A DNA stretch of 64,000 nt from contig NC_068993.1 of the NCBI RefSeq assembly GCF_001194135.2, positions 13,424,300-13,488,299 of the forward strand. The letters are read 5' to 3'. The position numbers and the translations under genes were made by a program. This document shows, piece by piece, positions 14,198 through 27,698 of this stretch; position 1 is the stretch's first letter, and each line of letters opens with the position of its first letter. The notes under the pieces were generated by a model that saw only the letters and a program-made list of their open reading frames with translations, had not been told where the DNA came from and searched no databases. The stretch is from Octopus bimaculoides. Lineage: Eukaryota.

Positions 14198-16505
14198 GAG
14201 AGTAAGGCTAGCAAATAAGTGAATGAAACATTATCCAGGTAATTACTTGATTGTAATTAAACCGTGATAACAACGCAGGTGTGTTTGTTTAATATGTGTT
14301 GTGTTTCCCTTCCCTTTCAATTTTGCTTTCATGATGTTATTGTTGCCGAGTTCCGTGCTAGTCGTGATTGAGCTGAACTATATCTTAAAAGCGTTCCTTT
14401 CTTGACCATCCTTCCTGTTTTCGCATCGTATCCCACATTGTTTAAGGCATCATTCCTTTTCGTAAGGCAATGGGACATGTAGTTTTGAGAGAATTTAGTG
14501 GTTATTTTTGCAGGTCGAACGATTATGCAGAGACAAGTTCTGAGACACGATCATGTATCCATGTGCCTCAGTTAATATAGATTTAAATATTCTTTTATGC
14601 CAGTGTTTTTTACACACTAATGTATTGTGAAGACTGTCATGATTAATAACAGACGTTCGTTTCCACCTAAACCTGTATAAGACCAAGTCGAAGAAGCAAG
14701 AATTACAGGGGTGTAATTATTAGTTTCTACTTATTAAGGAAAGCGGTGACCTTGCAGAATCGTTAGCCGTCGGATAAACTGCTCAGCAGAATTTCTTCTG
14801 GTTCTATATGTTCTGAGTTCAAATGACACCTAGATACACTTTAGCTTTCATCATTTTATATAAAATAGTAAATACACAAGTCGATAACATCCATTGTCCA
14901 CTCCTCCCTAACTTTCTGTGAAATTGATATTCTTAAATTTGTCTACTTTAAGTTTGTCTAGATATGTTTCAGATTCAATTGGTAGGTTAACGACTAAATC
15001 TCGCTGAGTATTTTCATTGTGCTCTCGCTTCTTTACTCGTTAACATTTTGAATTCTGCGCTTGTCATATTTAAATGAAATGTTAGCAAATCCATGAAAAT
15101 TACCGTATTGATAGCATAAAAGACATACGGGCATATTTAACACACCCCTATTTCAGCAGCGCATATTCATAAAGAAAATGTATCAAGGACAGAGTTATCT
15201 TATGGGGGACCCAACATCGTATATAAGACACAGTTGCATTTTCATAAATTTTCTGAAAAAAAAATTTTGCGTCTTAATTGCTGCAATTGTTATAGTATTC
15301 TACTCGGATAAATTCAATCGCTCCTGTAACAAAGAAAAGTTAAGTCTTCATTGTTAAAAGTAACCAAACGTTTATGTTGAGAGTGGTCATTTGTCTCATT
15401 TAAGAGACTTAGAGCAGAGAGCGGATTTGGTAAATTGTTGCGAAATAGAGAAAGAGGAAATGTTCTCTTTGCTGAAATAACTGTGTAATGTTTCATATAT
15501 ATGTGTCACATATATATTTTTTGCGGTATTTCGTCCTGCAAAATCCATTTAAAGACGTGGTGTGTTAAAAACCGAACTCTACCGCAAACCCAGTCGAAAC
15601 TAATCCCTCTTAAGGTAAAGAAGCGCTGCAGATAACAATATTTAGCTCTTATTTAAGCTCACCCGATTTGCTCTCGAGACGAATTCAAATTCTTAGTCCG
15701 AAGTATATCCTCGCAGTATAAAATCTATCTGCTGACGTGGACCACGCTAGTAAAACCAAAATCAAATTTGGGTTACAAGCAGCTCTGTAATGTAAGCAGT
15801 GTCGATGTCACTTACTTAAGGAATGTACGATGTTAAACGCATTGAGGCTGCAAGATTTCATCCAGAGAAAGTCACTTGAAAGACGTATACTATGCAAAAA
15901 AAATACGGTTCATTTTAAAGTCAGACAAAATTAATCTCTCTGGAGGTGATCAAGAACGACAGATGCCAATGTTTCGCTGCCATTTCAGCTCATCAGCGCC
16001 GTATACTCGTTTCGCCCTCGAGGCGAATATGTATGTATGTATGTATTAAGCAAAGCATATATGTATGTACGTATAAGTATGTGCTCGCGCGCATTGTGAT
16101 ATACCTACATATACATATATTTGGATGCCGGTCTACCTGAATAAGCAAATTACTTTCACATCCCTTTACTTCATTTAACTAAGCAAGAACAATTAAAACA
16201 TCGCAAGTTATTGTCACTGAAATAGATAGGTGGTATTAGATAGTTTGAAAGAGGGGTGATAGCATGCTAATAGCATGGGCACTAGTAGTTGTGGTATTAG
16301 TAATAGTAATATCATTATTAGTTGTCTTCGTGCACTGAACATTATATACACTGGTAGGCAAATGTATAGAAAGTTTGAAAATGGTTGAGTGGTCATGTGG
16401 TTTATCGGCATAGTCGACGTCATCAAGCTTCAGTTTGTATCAATTGGATTTCGAAAGGAAAGAGGGAGAGTGCATACATACATACACATATTTATAATAT
16501 ATATA

Positions 16506-16553
<48 letters not shown>

Positions 16554-16578
16554 GACGTATGTATGTATTTATATGTAC

Positions 16579-16615
<37 letters not shown>

Positions 16616-18980
16616 AGAGAGAAACAGTTGATTCAATAGATGTATGGAAACACCTGAGATCTTACATATAACAATGAGACAAGATGAAAACGCATTGTTC
16701 CATGTTGTCGCCAATCGACTTGGTTGTACTCATACGCGAATGATTATTTTAGGCCGGTGACAATTGCTGAAATGTTACTATTTGTGTTGTTATTGGTTGG
16801 TCTTATTTTTCTTTATTATTGTTGCTGGTGCCTGCTATTGTAGTTTTTCTTGTTTTTAGCTTGGCACACTAGACTCTTATTAGTGTCAGCTAAGCAGAAT
16901 GAGAAAGTATATGATAGAAATAGGGAGGTAATTTGAGAGAAAGTGTGATAGACGTAAGTCAAGAAGAACAGAGAGAGATAGTGATAGAGAAAGAGTGAGA
17001 GTGAGAGAGAGATTTATAGGGATAGAGAGAGAGAAAGTTGTTGGAAATAATATCAAAATGTTTTGAAAATTTGAAGAGGAAGATCATGGTAGTTCCAATC
17101 TTTGGAAATGATATAGAAATGAGAAGAGAAGCATTATAGTACACGAGGAGAGGTAGAACGTTACATGAGAGAAGAGAGAAAAAGAGAACGATATATATAT
17201 GAGCATACTTATATTCGCATATGAATTATACATACATACATATAATATATACATATATGTATGTATGCATGTATGTATATATGTATTGAAAACACTGCGA
17301 GTGTATGTATATATAACGTGTGTGTTTATATATACATGCACAATACAATTTTATGGCTTACCGTGATAATCTAAACATAATGGTTGTGGTGGTAGTGTGA
17401 GGAGTATTTGGACAATGAGGGATAATTAGAATAAAAGTCGTTCACTCAAGTCAGCTTGAACTTAATGGTATCGAATCCATTGGAATCGAACATAAGAAAC
17501 ACCGATATTATTAGTGCACTCAATGAAAGAACAATAGGAATACTGTCATCAAGTGTGTTCAGCCAACTTAGGCGGAATTCTCGCTACGTTTGGGAGGGTG
17601 TGTTTATCTTTGTTTTTTTTTATATTTTTGTAACACAGTTGTTTGTGGATAAAAGAGTTAGTGTGAGTAAAGAAATATTATAATGGATAAAACGATTGCG
17701 CTGCAATTGATCATACGCTTAGGACTAGGTGATTTTGCTTGTTTAAATCTTGAGATCAAATCAAACTAAAACCCTTCTGCGCCACTTTCAGTCAAAAAAA
17801 GGGGATTTCGTCCACCCGCCATTTTTTTTTTTTTGTACTGACCTATGTTTGCAACATCTGGCTTTTCAACCTCTTTATCTCAGTTGCTTCATCCCTTCCA
17901 TGGATTATACTTGTTCATGTAACACTTCTTTGAAATCTGGGAAACTCACTGGACTTTTGTTGTGCATTTTCACTGAATTCTTTTACTTTTCTTCCCTCTA
18001 CAGAACTTAAGCGTTTCTCACTCATTTTCAAATTTTATGGGAACTTTCCCTCTTTGCTAAAACTATTCCCCCCCCCCTTACGTACTTTACTCATACACAT
18101 GCACACACATCGGTAACAACTGCACCCTTGCTCTGGCCTTACCATGTAGTTCATCAATGCGTTTATTCCTTCGCTGGCATAATCTCGTCACATATACACG
18201 TACAATCCATTCCACATTATGCCCGCTTCGAGACAATTACAATGATACTTGCATTTACTCATTCCTTCTTCGGTTTTTAACTTCCACAAATAGAACAGAA
18301 TCTCTGGTTTCTACCTTCCACTTGCTTTTTTTCTCTATTTATCTTTGATCATTTGTGTCTTTTCTTACGATGTAAGTAACATCCGAAACGCTAACACTCT
18401 GCATTAAACCGTCCAATTTACATAATATTTGACAAACTTTATTCTTCCTGTACTGTCTCTTGCGTATGTAACACATATTGTGATAGAGCCTGTTCACTTT
18501 TTTTCTGAAGTGCTACATCTTTGTGTGATTTGGTCAAGAGTTTTGTAAACAACTTTCTTATGGTAGAATGTCATTATTTCAACTTCGAAGCAGTGAATAA
18601 CTGAGATTGGAACTTCACGCTTCATTAATCCTATTAGAAAGAACAGCTTTCATTCAGCCAGTCTTCTTATTTACAAGGTATACGTTGCCATTAATTTAAG
18701 GTGCACGTATAAACATTCCCTACGTCATTATATATCTCTAATATACAACGTAAGATAGATGGTGTTTGATCTATGTACCTAAAAACCAAATAATAAACTA
18801 AATATACATAAAAAAAAAATATACGCAAATCAACACGCCTATGAACACAAGCATACATACAAGTGTGCATAACAAGAGGATGTGTGTCTAAGCATACCCA
18901 CACTCAAACACACGGACATGCCCACCCACACGCACATATGCATGTAGGTGCACAGATCCACCCAGGTATATATATATATA

Positions 18981-19335
18981 TATACATGTCTCTTAAAGGA
19001 TAGAGCTCAAAATCAATGCATTGAAGATATTATAATTGTTGCTGCAATAAAGTAACAGAAACAACCACAATAAGCCAAACCTATGCACATTTCAATAGGG
19101 TATCCCAGAAAAATAAACCACATCATAAGATGTCTCGTAAAATATTGTAACAAATTACAACATATTACAAATTTCTGGATACTCCATCTCATCAGGGTCG
19201 CATTATTGCCATCACCAATACTATTATTAGCAAAACACAAACATCATCCAAGAGGGTGAAAGAATAATCGACGGCACGCAACCTACCATCTTCAATGCAT
19301 TGATTTTGAGCTCTATCCTTTAAGAGACATGTATA
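18981..19335. repeat. Perfect 48-bp inverted repeat (18981-19028 / 19288-19335) around a 259-bp spacer, embedded in (TA)n
   Basis: tatacatgtctcttaaaggatagagctcaaaatcaatgcattgaagat is matched exactly by its reverse complement. Confidence 0.95.
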
Positions 19336-19429
19336 CATATATATATACAAAAACTCAACTGTGAGCTTTTGGCTAAGACTGTTAACAGATACTATATATT
19401 TTGTAAAATTTGTTTTATAAAAGTATATA

Positions 19430-19501
<72 letters not shown>

Positions 19502-20287
19502 TTCTAGGTCATATATACACGTAGATATAAATAATAATATAAATATACTTTCATGTATATATATGTGTGTGTGTGTATGTATGTATGCATACACACATAC
19601 GTACACACACATTGGCATGTATACTTGTCTATGCGAAATAATCTAAATATATCTATTATCATATAAATATACACACACATATGCATATACTCTCGTGTGC
19701 TGGCTGAGATACCTAATTATGTATACATACGTGTGTTACTCCGAAATGCTCGCAATCACGTGATTATTCGTGAGAGCGAGAGGAACAAGAAAAAGAGAGG
19801 GTGAGGGAAAGAGAGAGAGAGATGGGTGTTGAGAACATGCGTGCGTAAGCCTTTATCTGTGTATATTTGCGTATGTGAGTATAATACGTTAAAAACTGAA
19901 GAGAAGGAAACACACCGTTACAGCAGGTGCATAAACAATAATACGTCTTAATGAATACAAAATAAACTTGAAAACGTCCCTGCAGATATAATGGAAAATT
20001 TGGGTGAAGCAAGACAAATAGAACTGTCAGACGTCCATGGAAGTTTTCTTTAAGGAACATCCTGTCATTACAACCAATTCACTGAGTGATATCTCCTGAA
20101 AAATCACCTGCACCACTCGCACGCTCTGCATATCACATGTCTTTCAATATGCATCCTTCTTTCTTTCTGGTCTGCCTTTCGAATTTTACTATCTCCTCTT
20201 GTTGATTATCACATTCCCCCCGACTCCCCACCTCTGTTCTTTAACTAAGTACGCATGCGAGAATGAAACTAAGAATCAACGATATAT

Positions 20288-20320
<33 letters not shown>

Positions 20321-21014
20321 CATACGAATATGTATGTTTATGTATGTACACGTATGTTTGTGCGTATGTACACGTGTGTGTGTGTAACATGTATATAGTT
20401 ACGCACATAAACACACATACAGATAGATAGATAAACAGTGAAAGATATAGATAGATAGATAAACAGAGAAAGGTATATAGATAGATAGATAGATAGACAG
20501 ATAATGGATGGATAGATCGATAGATAATGGATAGATAGATAGACGAATGGATTCGTGCATGCATTTGCACACGGTTAATTCCATGTTCATGTCGCACGCT
20601 ATTAACAAACCCATATAAATGCATGTATTTTGTTTTTCTTTTGAAAGTTACTCTCTCTATTCACACCCGTATATTCACTAACATAAATGCAAAGCACACG
20701 TATGTCCCCTAAACACATACACACTCGAGCGCGAGCATCCATGTCTATCTCGATTTAGAGAGCTTATTGTTAAAGCGCGAAGCAAGACAGTCAGATTGGT
20801 GTACACACACACATATATATAGCAGTGTTAAAATGTTTCTTAACTTAGTATTTTCTTCTTCTTATTATTATTATTATTTGTTATTACTGCTGCTGCTGTA
20901 GTTACTTATCTCAGCTTAGTTCTCACTCGTTCAGGAATGCAAACTTTTCTCTGACTAAAGCTTATTAAAGTTCTTTTTTCTTTTCATAACTTACTACTAC
21001 TACTACTACAATAA

Positions 21015-21286
21015 TAATGGTTTCAAATTTTGCCACAAAGGCAACAATTTCGGGAGAGAGGATAAGTCGATTACATCGACCCAAGTGTTCAACTGGTTCT
21101 TATTTTATCGACCACGAAGGATAAAACGCAAAGCCGACCTCGGCAGAATTTAAATTCAGAACATGAAGCCGNNNNNNNNNNNNNNNNNNNNNNNNNNNNN
21201 NNNNNNNNNNNNNNNNNNNNNNNNNNNNNNNNNNNNNNNNNNNNNNNNNNNNNNNNNNNNNNNNNNNNNNNNNNNNNNNNNNNNNN

Positions 21287-21318
<32 letters not shown>

Positions 21319-21640
21319 TTCAAATTCTAAACCCAACACATTTGGGGTGGGTGCCTTGACTAGTCGATTAAAATGACCTTTATTTTATCGACCCTGAAAG
21401 GATGAATGGCGAAGTTTAAGATGGACGACTATAGGAGAGACTTGTAATTCCCCTGGTTAAACATATTTTGTGAGATGTAATATCCCTGTTCATAGCGATA
21501 TGTCTCCTAGCTTTGCGCTCTTAGTTCCAATTCAGTTGAGGTCGACTGTGTCTTTCATCTTTTTGGGCTCCATAAAATTACGTACCAGTTGCGCACTGGA
21601 TATGATGGAATCGACTGGTTCTTCCCCAAATTTCAGGACT
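21015..21640. mobile_element. Cluster of SINE family B fragments in both orientations around the 21172-21286 gap and an (AAT)n tract
   Basis: Minus-strand copy at 21015-21171, minus fragment near 21340-21420, plus fragment near 21500-21640. Confidence 0.7.
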
Positions 21641-22479
21641 AGAATGTTATTTCTAGCAAAAACAGTAGTAGAAATGTCATGAATATTTTGTTATTGCAAA
21701 AGTTATATAGTCTGTATACTCGCTACTTCTTAATATTTGATTTTCTTTTCGTCTGTTTGTTTGTTTTTTTTTTCATTGTGTTTTCTCCACAGTCGCCGAT
21801 TTCATTTTCCTTTTCTAATTAATTATGTATTTTGTTTAGAGAAACATAATACCCACGAGGAATGTTCGCCATCAAAACCTTTATATTACACAAAAACTAA
21901 ACCTACGTAGTACACTCAGCAATCCATTATTTACATAGTCTAAAACATATATACATACAAATATACATACATATATCTATCAACATTTCTTTACCTTTTG
22001 TCTCACCCGTGTGTGTACGTGTGTGTGTCTGTGTCTCTGTGTGTGTACACTCATTATCCTTGTGCGTATATCTAAACAAAAACTAACATTGGTTCCCTAT
22101 TCATATAATTGATTTAAAATTCGTTTATCCCTCTATTCGTCTCCTTGTATCCTTTCATTTTTTTAATAACTAGTTCATGGTATTTGTACGTTTTGTATTA
22201 TCACGTTGCCATTTTATATAAACTAAGTTGTGAATCCAGTTTACAGAAGATTTTTTTTTAATGTGCATGAAACTTAATATACCTTGTTGCTTGCTTCTTG
22301 TACACTTATTTTATATAGGGGAGCAATACTCTACGTACATACCTTTAATAGTGATTTTACTAAAAGGGTCCGTTACAGGATATAACAGTACGTTAAGCAA
22401 TTGAACTTTTAACTAATACGATTACAAGCCTTACATTCATTTCAAATTTTCTCAGAAGGCCAGCAATGTCAGAGTACGT

Positions 22480-22800
22480 GGGTGTTAGTCGATTAAGTCA
22501 CCCCCAGCGTTTAACTGGAACTTATCTTATCAATCCCGAATGACGGAATTTGAACTCAGAACGCAAACACGGACGAAATGCCGTAAAGCATTTCACCTGG
22601 TGTGCTAATGATTGTGCCGGCTCACCGCCTGCTTGTATTTCAATATTAGAACCATAATTACTTTTTGAGTTCAAATTCCACCTAGGTCGACTCTGCTTTT
22701 CATCCTTTCAGGTTCGATAAATTAAGTTCCAGTTCCGTACTGAGGTCGATATAAATGACTGGCCCTACCTCCCCCAACATTTCGGGCATTGTGCCTAGAG
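22480..22800. mobile_element. Divergent (inverted) pair of SINE family B copies, minus 22480-22630 and plus 22660-22800
   Basis: ggaatttgaactcag faces ttttgagttcaaattcc. Confidence 0.75.
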
Positions 22801-22869
22801 GAGAAAAGAATACATAAGAACCATAATTCAAGTGGCTTACAGAAGAATCTTAAAATATTACTCACATAT

Positions 22870-23030
22870 AGGCGCAGCAGTGGCTGTGTGATACGTAGCT
22901 TGCTTACCAACCACTTGGTTCCGGGTTCAGTCCCACTGATTGGCATCTTGGGCAAGTGTCTTCTACTATAGCCTCGAGCCGACCAAAGCCTTGTGAGTGG
23001 ATTTGGTAGACGGAAACTGAAAGAAGCCCG

Positions 23031-23106
<76 letters not shown>

Positions 23107-23317
23107 GTGCGTGTGTGCGTGTGTGTGTGTGGATATGTCTGTGTGTCTGTGTTTGTCACCCCCACCATCGCTTGACAACCGATGCTGGTGTGTTTACGTC
23201 CCCGTAACTTAGCGGTTCGGAAAAAAGTGACCGATAGAATAAGTACTAGGCTTCCAAAGAATAAGTCTTAGGGTCGAATTTCTCGACTAAAGGTGGTGCT
23301 TCAGCATGGCCGCAGTC
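22870..23317 (+). mobile_element. Full-length SINE family A with an expanded internal (TA)n(TG)n microsatellite
   Basis: Has the head aggcgcagcagtggctgtgtg with the B box ggttcagtcc, a central tract at about 23033-23130 and the tail cagcatggccgcagtc. Confidence 0.9.
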
Positions 23318-23890
23318 AAAATTCTTCTAGGGTTTGGCATATTTTTCAAGAACGAATAATGAAAAGAAGAGGAAAAAGAAACTGCTTAAACTGGAGAGCT
23401 GTAATGTGTGTTTGTAAATGCATAGATACGTAGGTATGAGTATGTACGTACATAATGCACACACATATACGAGTATGAAAATATATATATATATATATAA
23501 ACGAGTAAGAGATATATTGCTCCTATAAACGAATACTTACTTTTTAACATACAAGTAATGGCGAGTTTAATACAGAAAACTTATTTATTGTTATCTGAGA
23601 ATTATTACATTCATAATCTGAGTTAATATTAGTTTGTCAACGTATTCTTCAGCGTATGTATGAGAATTCTATGCATCTTGAACACAGGTTTTGTTATGGG
23701 GCCAAGTTTTACTTTTGTGTATTTTGTCTCCATTTCAGAAGCTGATGTCTGTATTGTGATGATTTGTGTCTTGAGAGTATTCTGAATTTCTGACACACAT
23801 ACTCACACGCAATAATATATGTATATATATATATATATACACACGCTCTCTATTACATTCGTGAATACACGCATATACACACATATATAT

Positions 23891-23923
<33 letters not shown>

Positions 23924-24605
23924 NNNNNNNNNNNNNNNNNNNNNNNNNNNNNNNNNNNNNNNNNNNNNNNNNNNNNNNNNNNNNNNNNNNNNNNNNNNNN
24001 NNNNNNNNNNNNNNNNNNNNNNNNNNNNNNNNNNNNNNNNNNNNNNNNNNNNNNNNNNNNNNNNNNNNNNNNNNNNNNNNNNNNNNNNNNNNNNNNNNNN
24101 NNNNNNNNNNNNNNNNNNNNNNNNNNNNNNNNNNNNNNNNNNNNNNNNNNNNNNNNNNNNNNNNNNNNNNNNNNNNNNNNNNNNNNNNNNNNNNNNNNNN
24201 NNNNNNNNNNNNNNNNNNNNNNNNNNNNNNNNNNNNNNNNNNNNNNNNNNNNNNNNNNNNNNNNNNNNNNNNNNNNNNNNNNNNNNNNNNNNNNNNNNNN
24301 NNNNNNNNNNNNNNNNNNNNNNNNNNNNNNNNNNNNNNNNNNNNNNNNNNNTGAGTTGAAAGAGAGTAGAATAATGAAGGCAACCTTCCAGAGATTCTTT
24401 GAAAAAACTCAAGGATGAAAAAATATCAAAAAATTTTTTCATGACCTTCTATGATTATAAGTAAAATTCTTCTAGGGTTTGGCATATTTTTCAAGAACGA
24501 ATAATGTAAAGAAGACGAAAAAGAAACTGCTTAAACTGGAGAGCTGTAATGTGTGTTTGTATGAGTATGTACGTACATAATGCACACACATATACGAGTA
24601 TGAAA
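23318..24605 (+). repeat. Direct duplication of about 150 bp (23318-23481 and 24463-24605) across the 23924-24350 gap
   Basis: aaaattcttctagggtttggcatatttttcaagaacgaataatg... occurs twice, with a few substitutions and an indel of about 20 bp. Confidence 0.9.
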
Positions 24606-24625
24606 AAAAAAATATATATATATAA

Positions 24626-24657
<32 letters not shown>

Positions 24658-24938
24658 GGTGTGTATTTGCCTGTGTGTATATGTATATATATAATTCTAT
24701 TTGTGTATGTGTATATATATATACATGTATATATATATACACACACACGTATGTATTTGCGTGTGTATATGAAGAGAGAGAGAGAGAGATTTAGATGTAT
24801 GCGAGTGTATGAATATATGGATATCTATAATTTGTCAGCGTGCATCCGCACTCACACACCCATGCAATGTGTGTTTATACGCTTATTAATAATATACAAG
24901 ATTTATATAATGATGAAGCAAAAAATAAGTAGAGAATG

Positions 24939-25015
<77 letters not shown>

Positions 25016-25629
25016 CTATGGATGTGTATGCATATCTATATATAAGAGAGTGAGAGAGACAGAGGTGGGGTGAGAAAAGTAAGAGAGAGATCATATATAG
25101 ATGTACATGGAAAGATGAGAAATGAGAACTTGCTATGACCTTTATCGAATGCCTGTTGTTTTGTTGGGATACTTCGACATAAGATAAACGTAACTTGGCA
25201 TCTTTAAAATTTTCCCCCCGATATTTGACAGATCAAAAGAAACGTTTCACATGTGATGTGAATGATATTTCCATACGTTCATATTTTCAGATTCATCCAC
25301 AAAGATATTCTGAACTATGAGTTGCATACGCTATATTACAAAAGGTTTATTACGTATGCCTTATTCTTGTTTCACGTTCGCTTACACTTTATGTGTATAT
25401 TTTTTTCACACGTTTTCATATAACATACGTTATTTATTACTCTCGTAAGCCTGAACGTTGTAAACAACATTATTCCAGCGTATGGTTACATGTTGTATAT
25501 ATGAATATGTTGACGTTGCCGCTCACAATATCCAATATTATCTACGTAAGTATTATGCGATACGTATTATTTTAATACGCGTACTCGAAGTACGCTTACA
25601 TCGATTCCATATGTAGTCTTAAAGTACAT

Positions 25630-25825
25630 ATTGGTTTCAAATTTTGGCACAAGGCCCGAAATGTTGGGGGAGGTGGGTCAGTCGATTAGATCAACCTCAG
25701 TACGCAACAGGTACTTAATTTATCGGCCCCGAAAAGGTGAAAGGCAAAGTCGACCTCGGCGGAATTTGAACTCAGAACGTAAAGACAGACGAAAAACCGC
25801 TAAGCATTTCGCCAGCTCACCGTCT
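25630..25825 (-). mobile_element. SINE family B copy, near full length
   Basis: Contains ggcacaaggcccgaaat...gtcgacctcggcggaatttgaactcagaacg...gccagctcaccg. Confidence 0.85.
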
Positions 25826-27649
25826 TTTTCCTGAAATGTATTGGCATAAGAATAAGCATACGCAGATATATCAAATATTACTAACACCAAATTAGTAATA
25901 CACATATTTGTTTTGACTGAAACTAGTAACATCGATTTCTCGCTCACATATGAATGTATATAAATGATAATTTTTATTTTAGTATCTATAAAAATATATT
26001 AACGAATGAAAAACACTAGGAAGATAAATTTTAACGAAATATTCATAAGCAAAAGAAATTTGTCATTTTACTTGATACAAAACCAATATATATATATATC
26101 GATATTTATATCCTAAAACCATTAATGTGCCAATAGAAACTACAGAAGATTCCTTTGTGTACTGTTGTTGTAAACTATTATTAGGGTAGAGCCCGTCCTT
26201 CCGCAAGCTTCACAATAGAGGAGTGAATTCAGTTATTGCAAAATGAGGATACACGCACATCTTATGACAGAACTAGTTCCAACTACATCCTATCTCTTTA
26301 TACGTACACGGAATGAGTTAATGGAGAACTTTTTGGTCATAAACGCTTGAATGCAGTGGAGGTGATAAGACAAGTTATTCCTTTATTGCAGTTTATTCTA
26401 AGTTATCCTACGTTCTGCATTATCTTATGTAGCCTCGAGCCTATTGTTAAGTGGATAATAACGTAAGTTAAATTACTTCCAGCATGAGCTTATGTACAGA
26501 AACAAAGTATATGCGATATCAGAGAAGATATCCCTCCCAGCCACTCTCTCTCTCTTCACACTTATCTCGGCAAATGATAGGCATATACACACGAACGTAC
26601 CTATGTTTGTTCATACATAGATGTACGTAGGAATGCACATATATACATAAAGGCGTACACACCTGCATACATATATACATATGTATATACATAATCCTTG
26701 GACTTCCATACAGTTTGTGAACTCTAAATTCCACAAGAGAAGGCAGTTCTTAAAGTAGAGTTTTTGATGGAAAATACCAATCCAATGTGCCAAGCATTTT
26801 AATAAAACCCAAGAGAATGTGACAGTGACGCAAACTTGTTAACCATGCAAGCATTCCATTTCTCTGCTAATTAAAAATCAAAACAAACAAAACTCTAATC
26901 AAATTAAAGCTAGCTTCCTGTACAGAAAATAATCTACATTTACACTACTGTCAAACAATGGAAGGTTAATGTTTTATCAATATACATATACACACACACT
27001 AAGTAGACAAGATGAGAGTCAGTGTGTGGAACAGTGAAATAACAAAGTACACGATATTTTAAAAAAATAAAAAAAAAGGTAAATATATTTACCTTATAAC
27101 ATCCCTACTCATCTGTGTTACAGGTTTTACGATTCAAATACATGCTAATGCTAAAACAAGCTTAATCCACTTACATTGCAACGAAGCAAATAATGCAAGT
27201 CCAAGATGCGCATCAAAATTAATTTCTTCAGCAAAGAATTTTTTGTCATTTTTTTTTTCTTTTTGCTTTCCTCTGTTCCGGTTCGTTTCTTATTCTTTTG
27301 TTTCATTTATTAGAGCGAAATAAAAAAAGGAGGTAGGAAACGTATAATAATAATGATAATAAATTATAAATAATAATGATAATAATAATAATAATATTAA
27401 TGATGATGATGATAATAATAGCAACAACGAGAAAATAATAAAAGCAGAACTAACAAGCCATTTATTCGGCTGTTTTAGGATCTGACGGACCCTGCTTCCT
27501 TTCCAAGTTCAAAACTATAATCCAGTTTAGTCATAACAGACAAACAGATAACATAGACGCCATGTTTTTATACATGTACCTATCAGATATGATGTAGATT
27601 CCACATACGCTGCACGCGCATACTCACATACATACACCTATACATACAA

Positions 27650-27698
<49 letters not shown>

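Noticed and set aside
26392-26462. 71-nt pseudo-exon with good splice sites (ctttattgcag / AAC|gtaagt)
   Set aside because: It would frameshift the B-C junction and has no motif. Such pairs are expected by chance in a 17-kb AT-rich intron.
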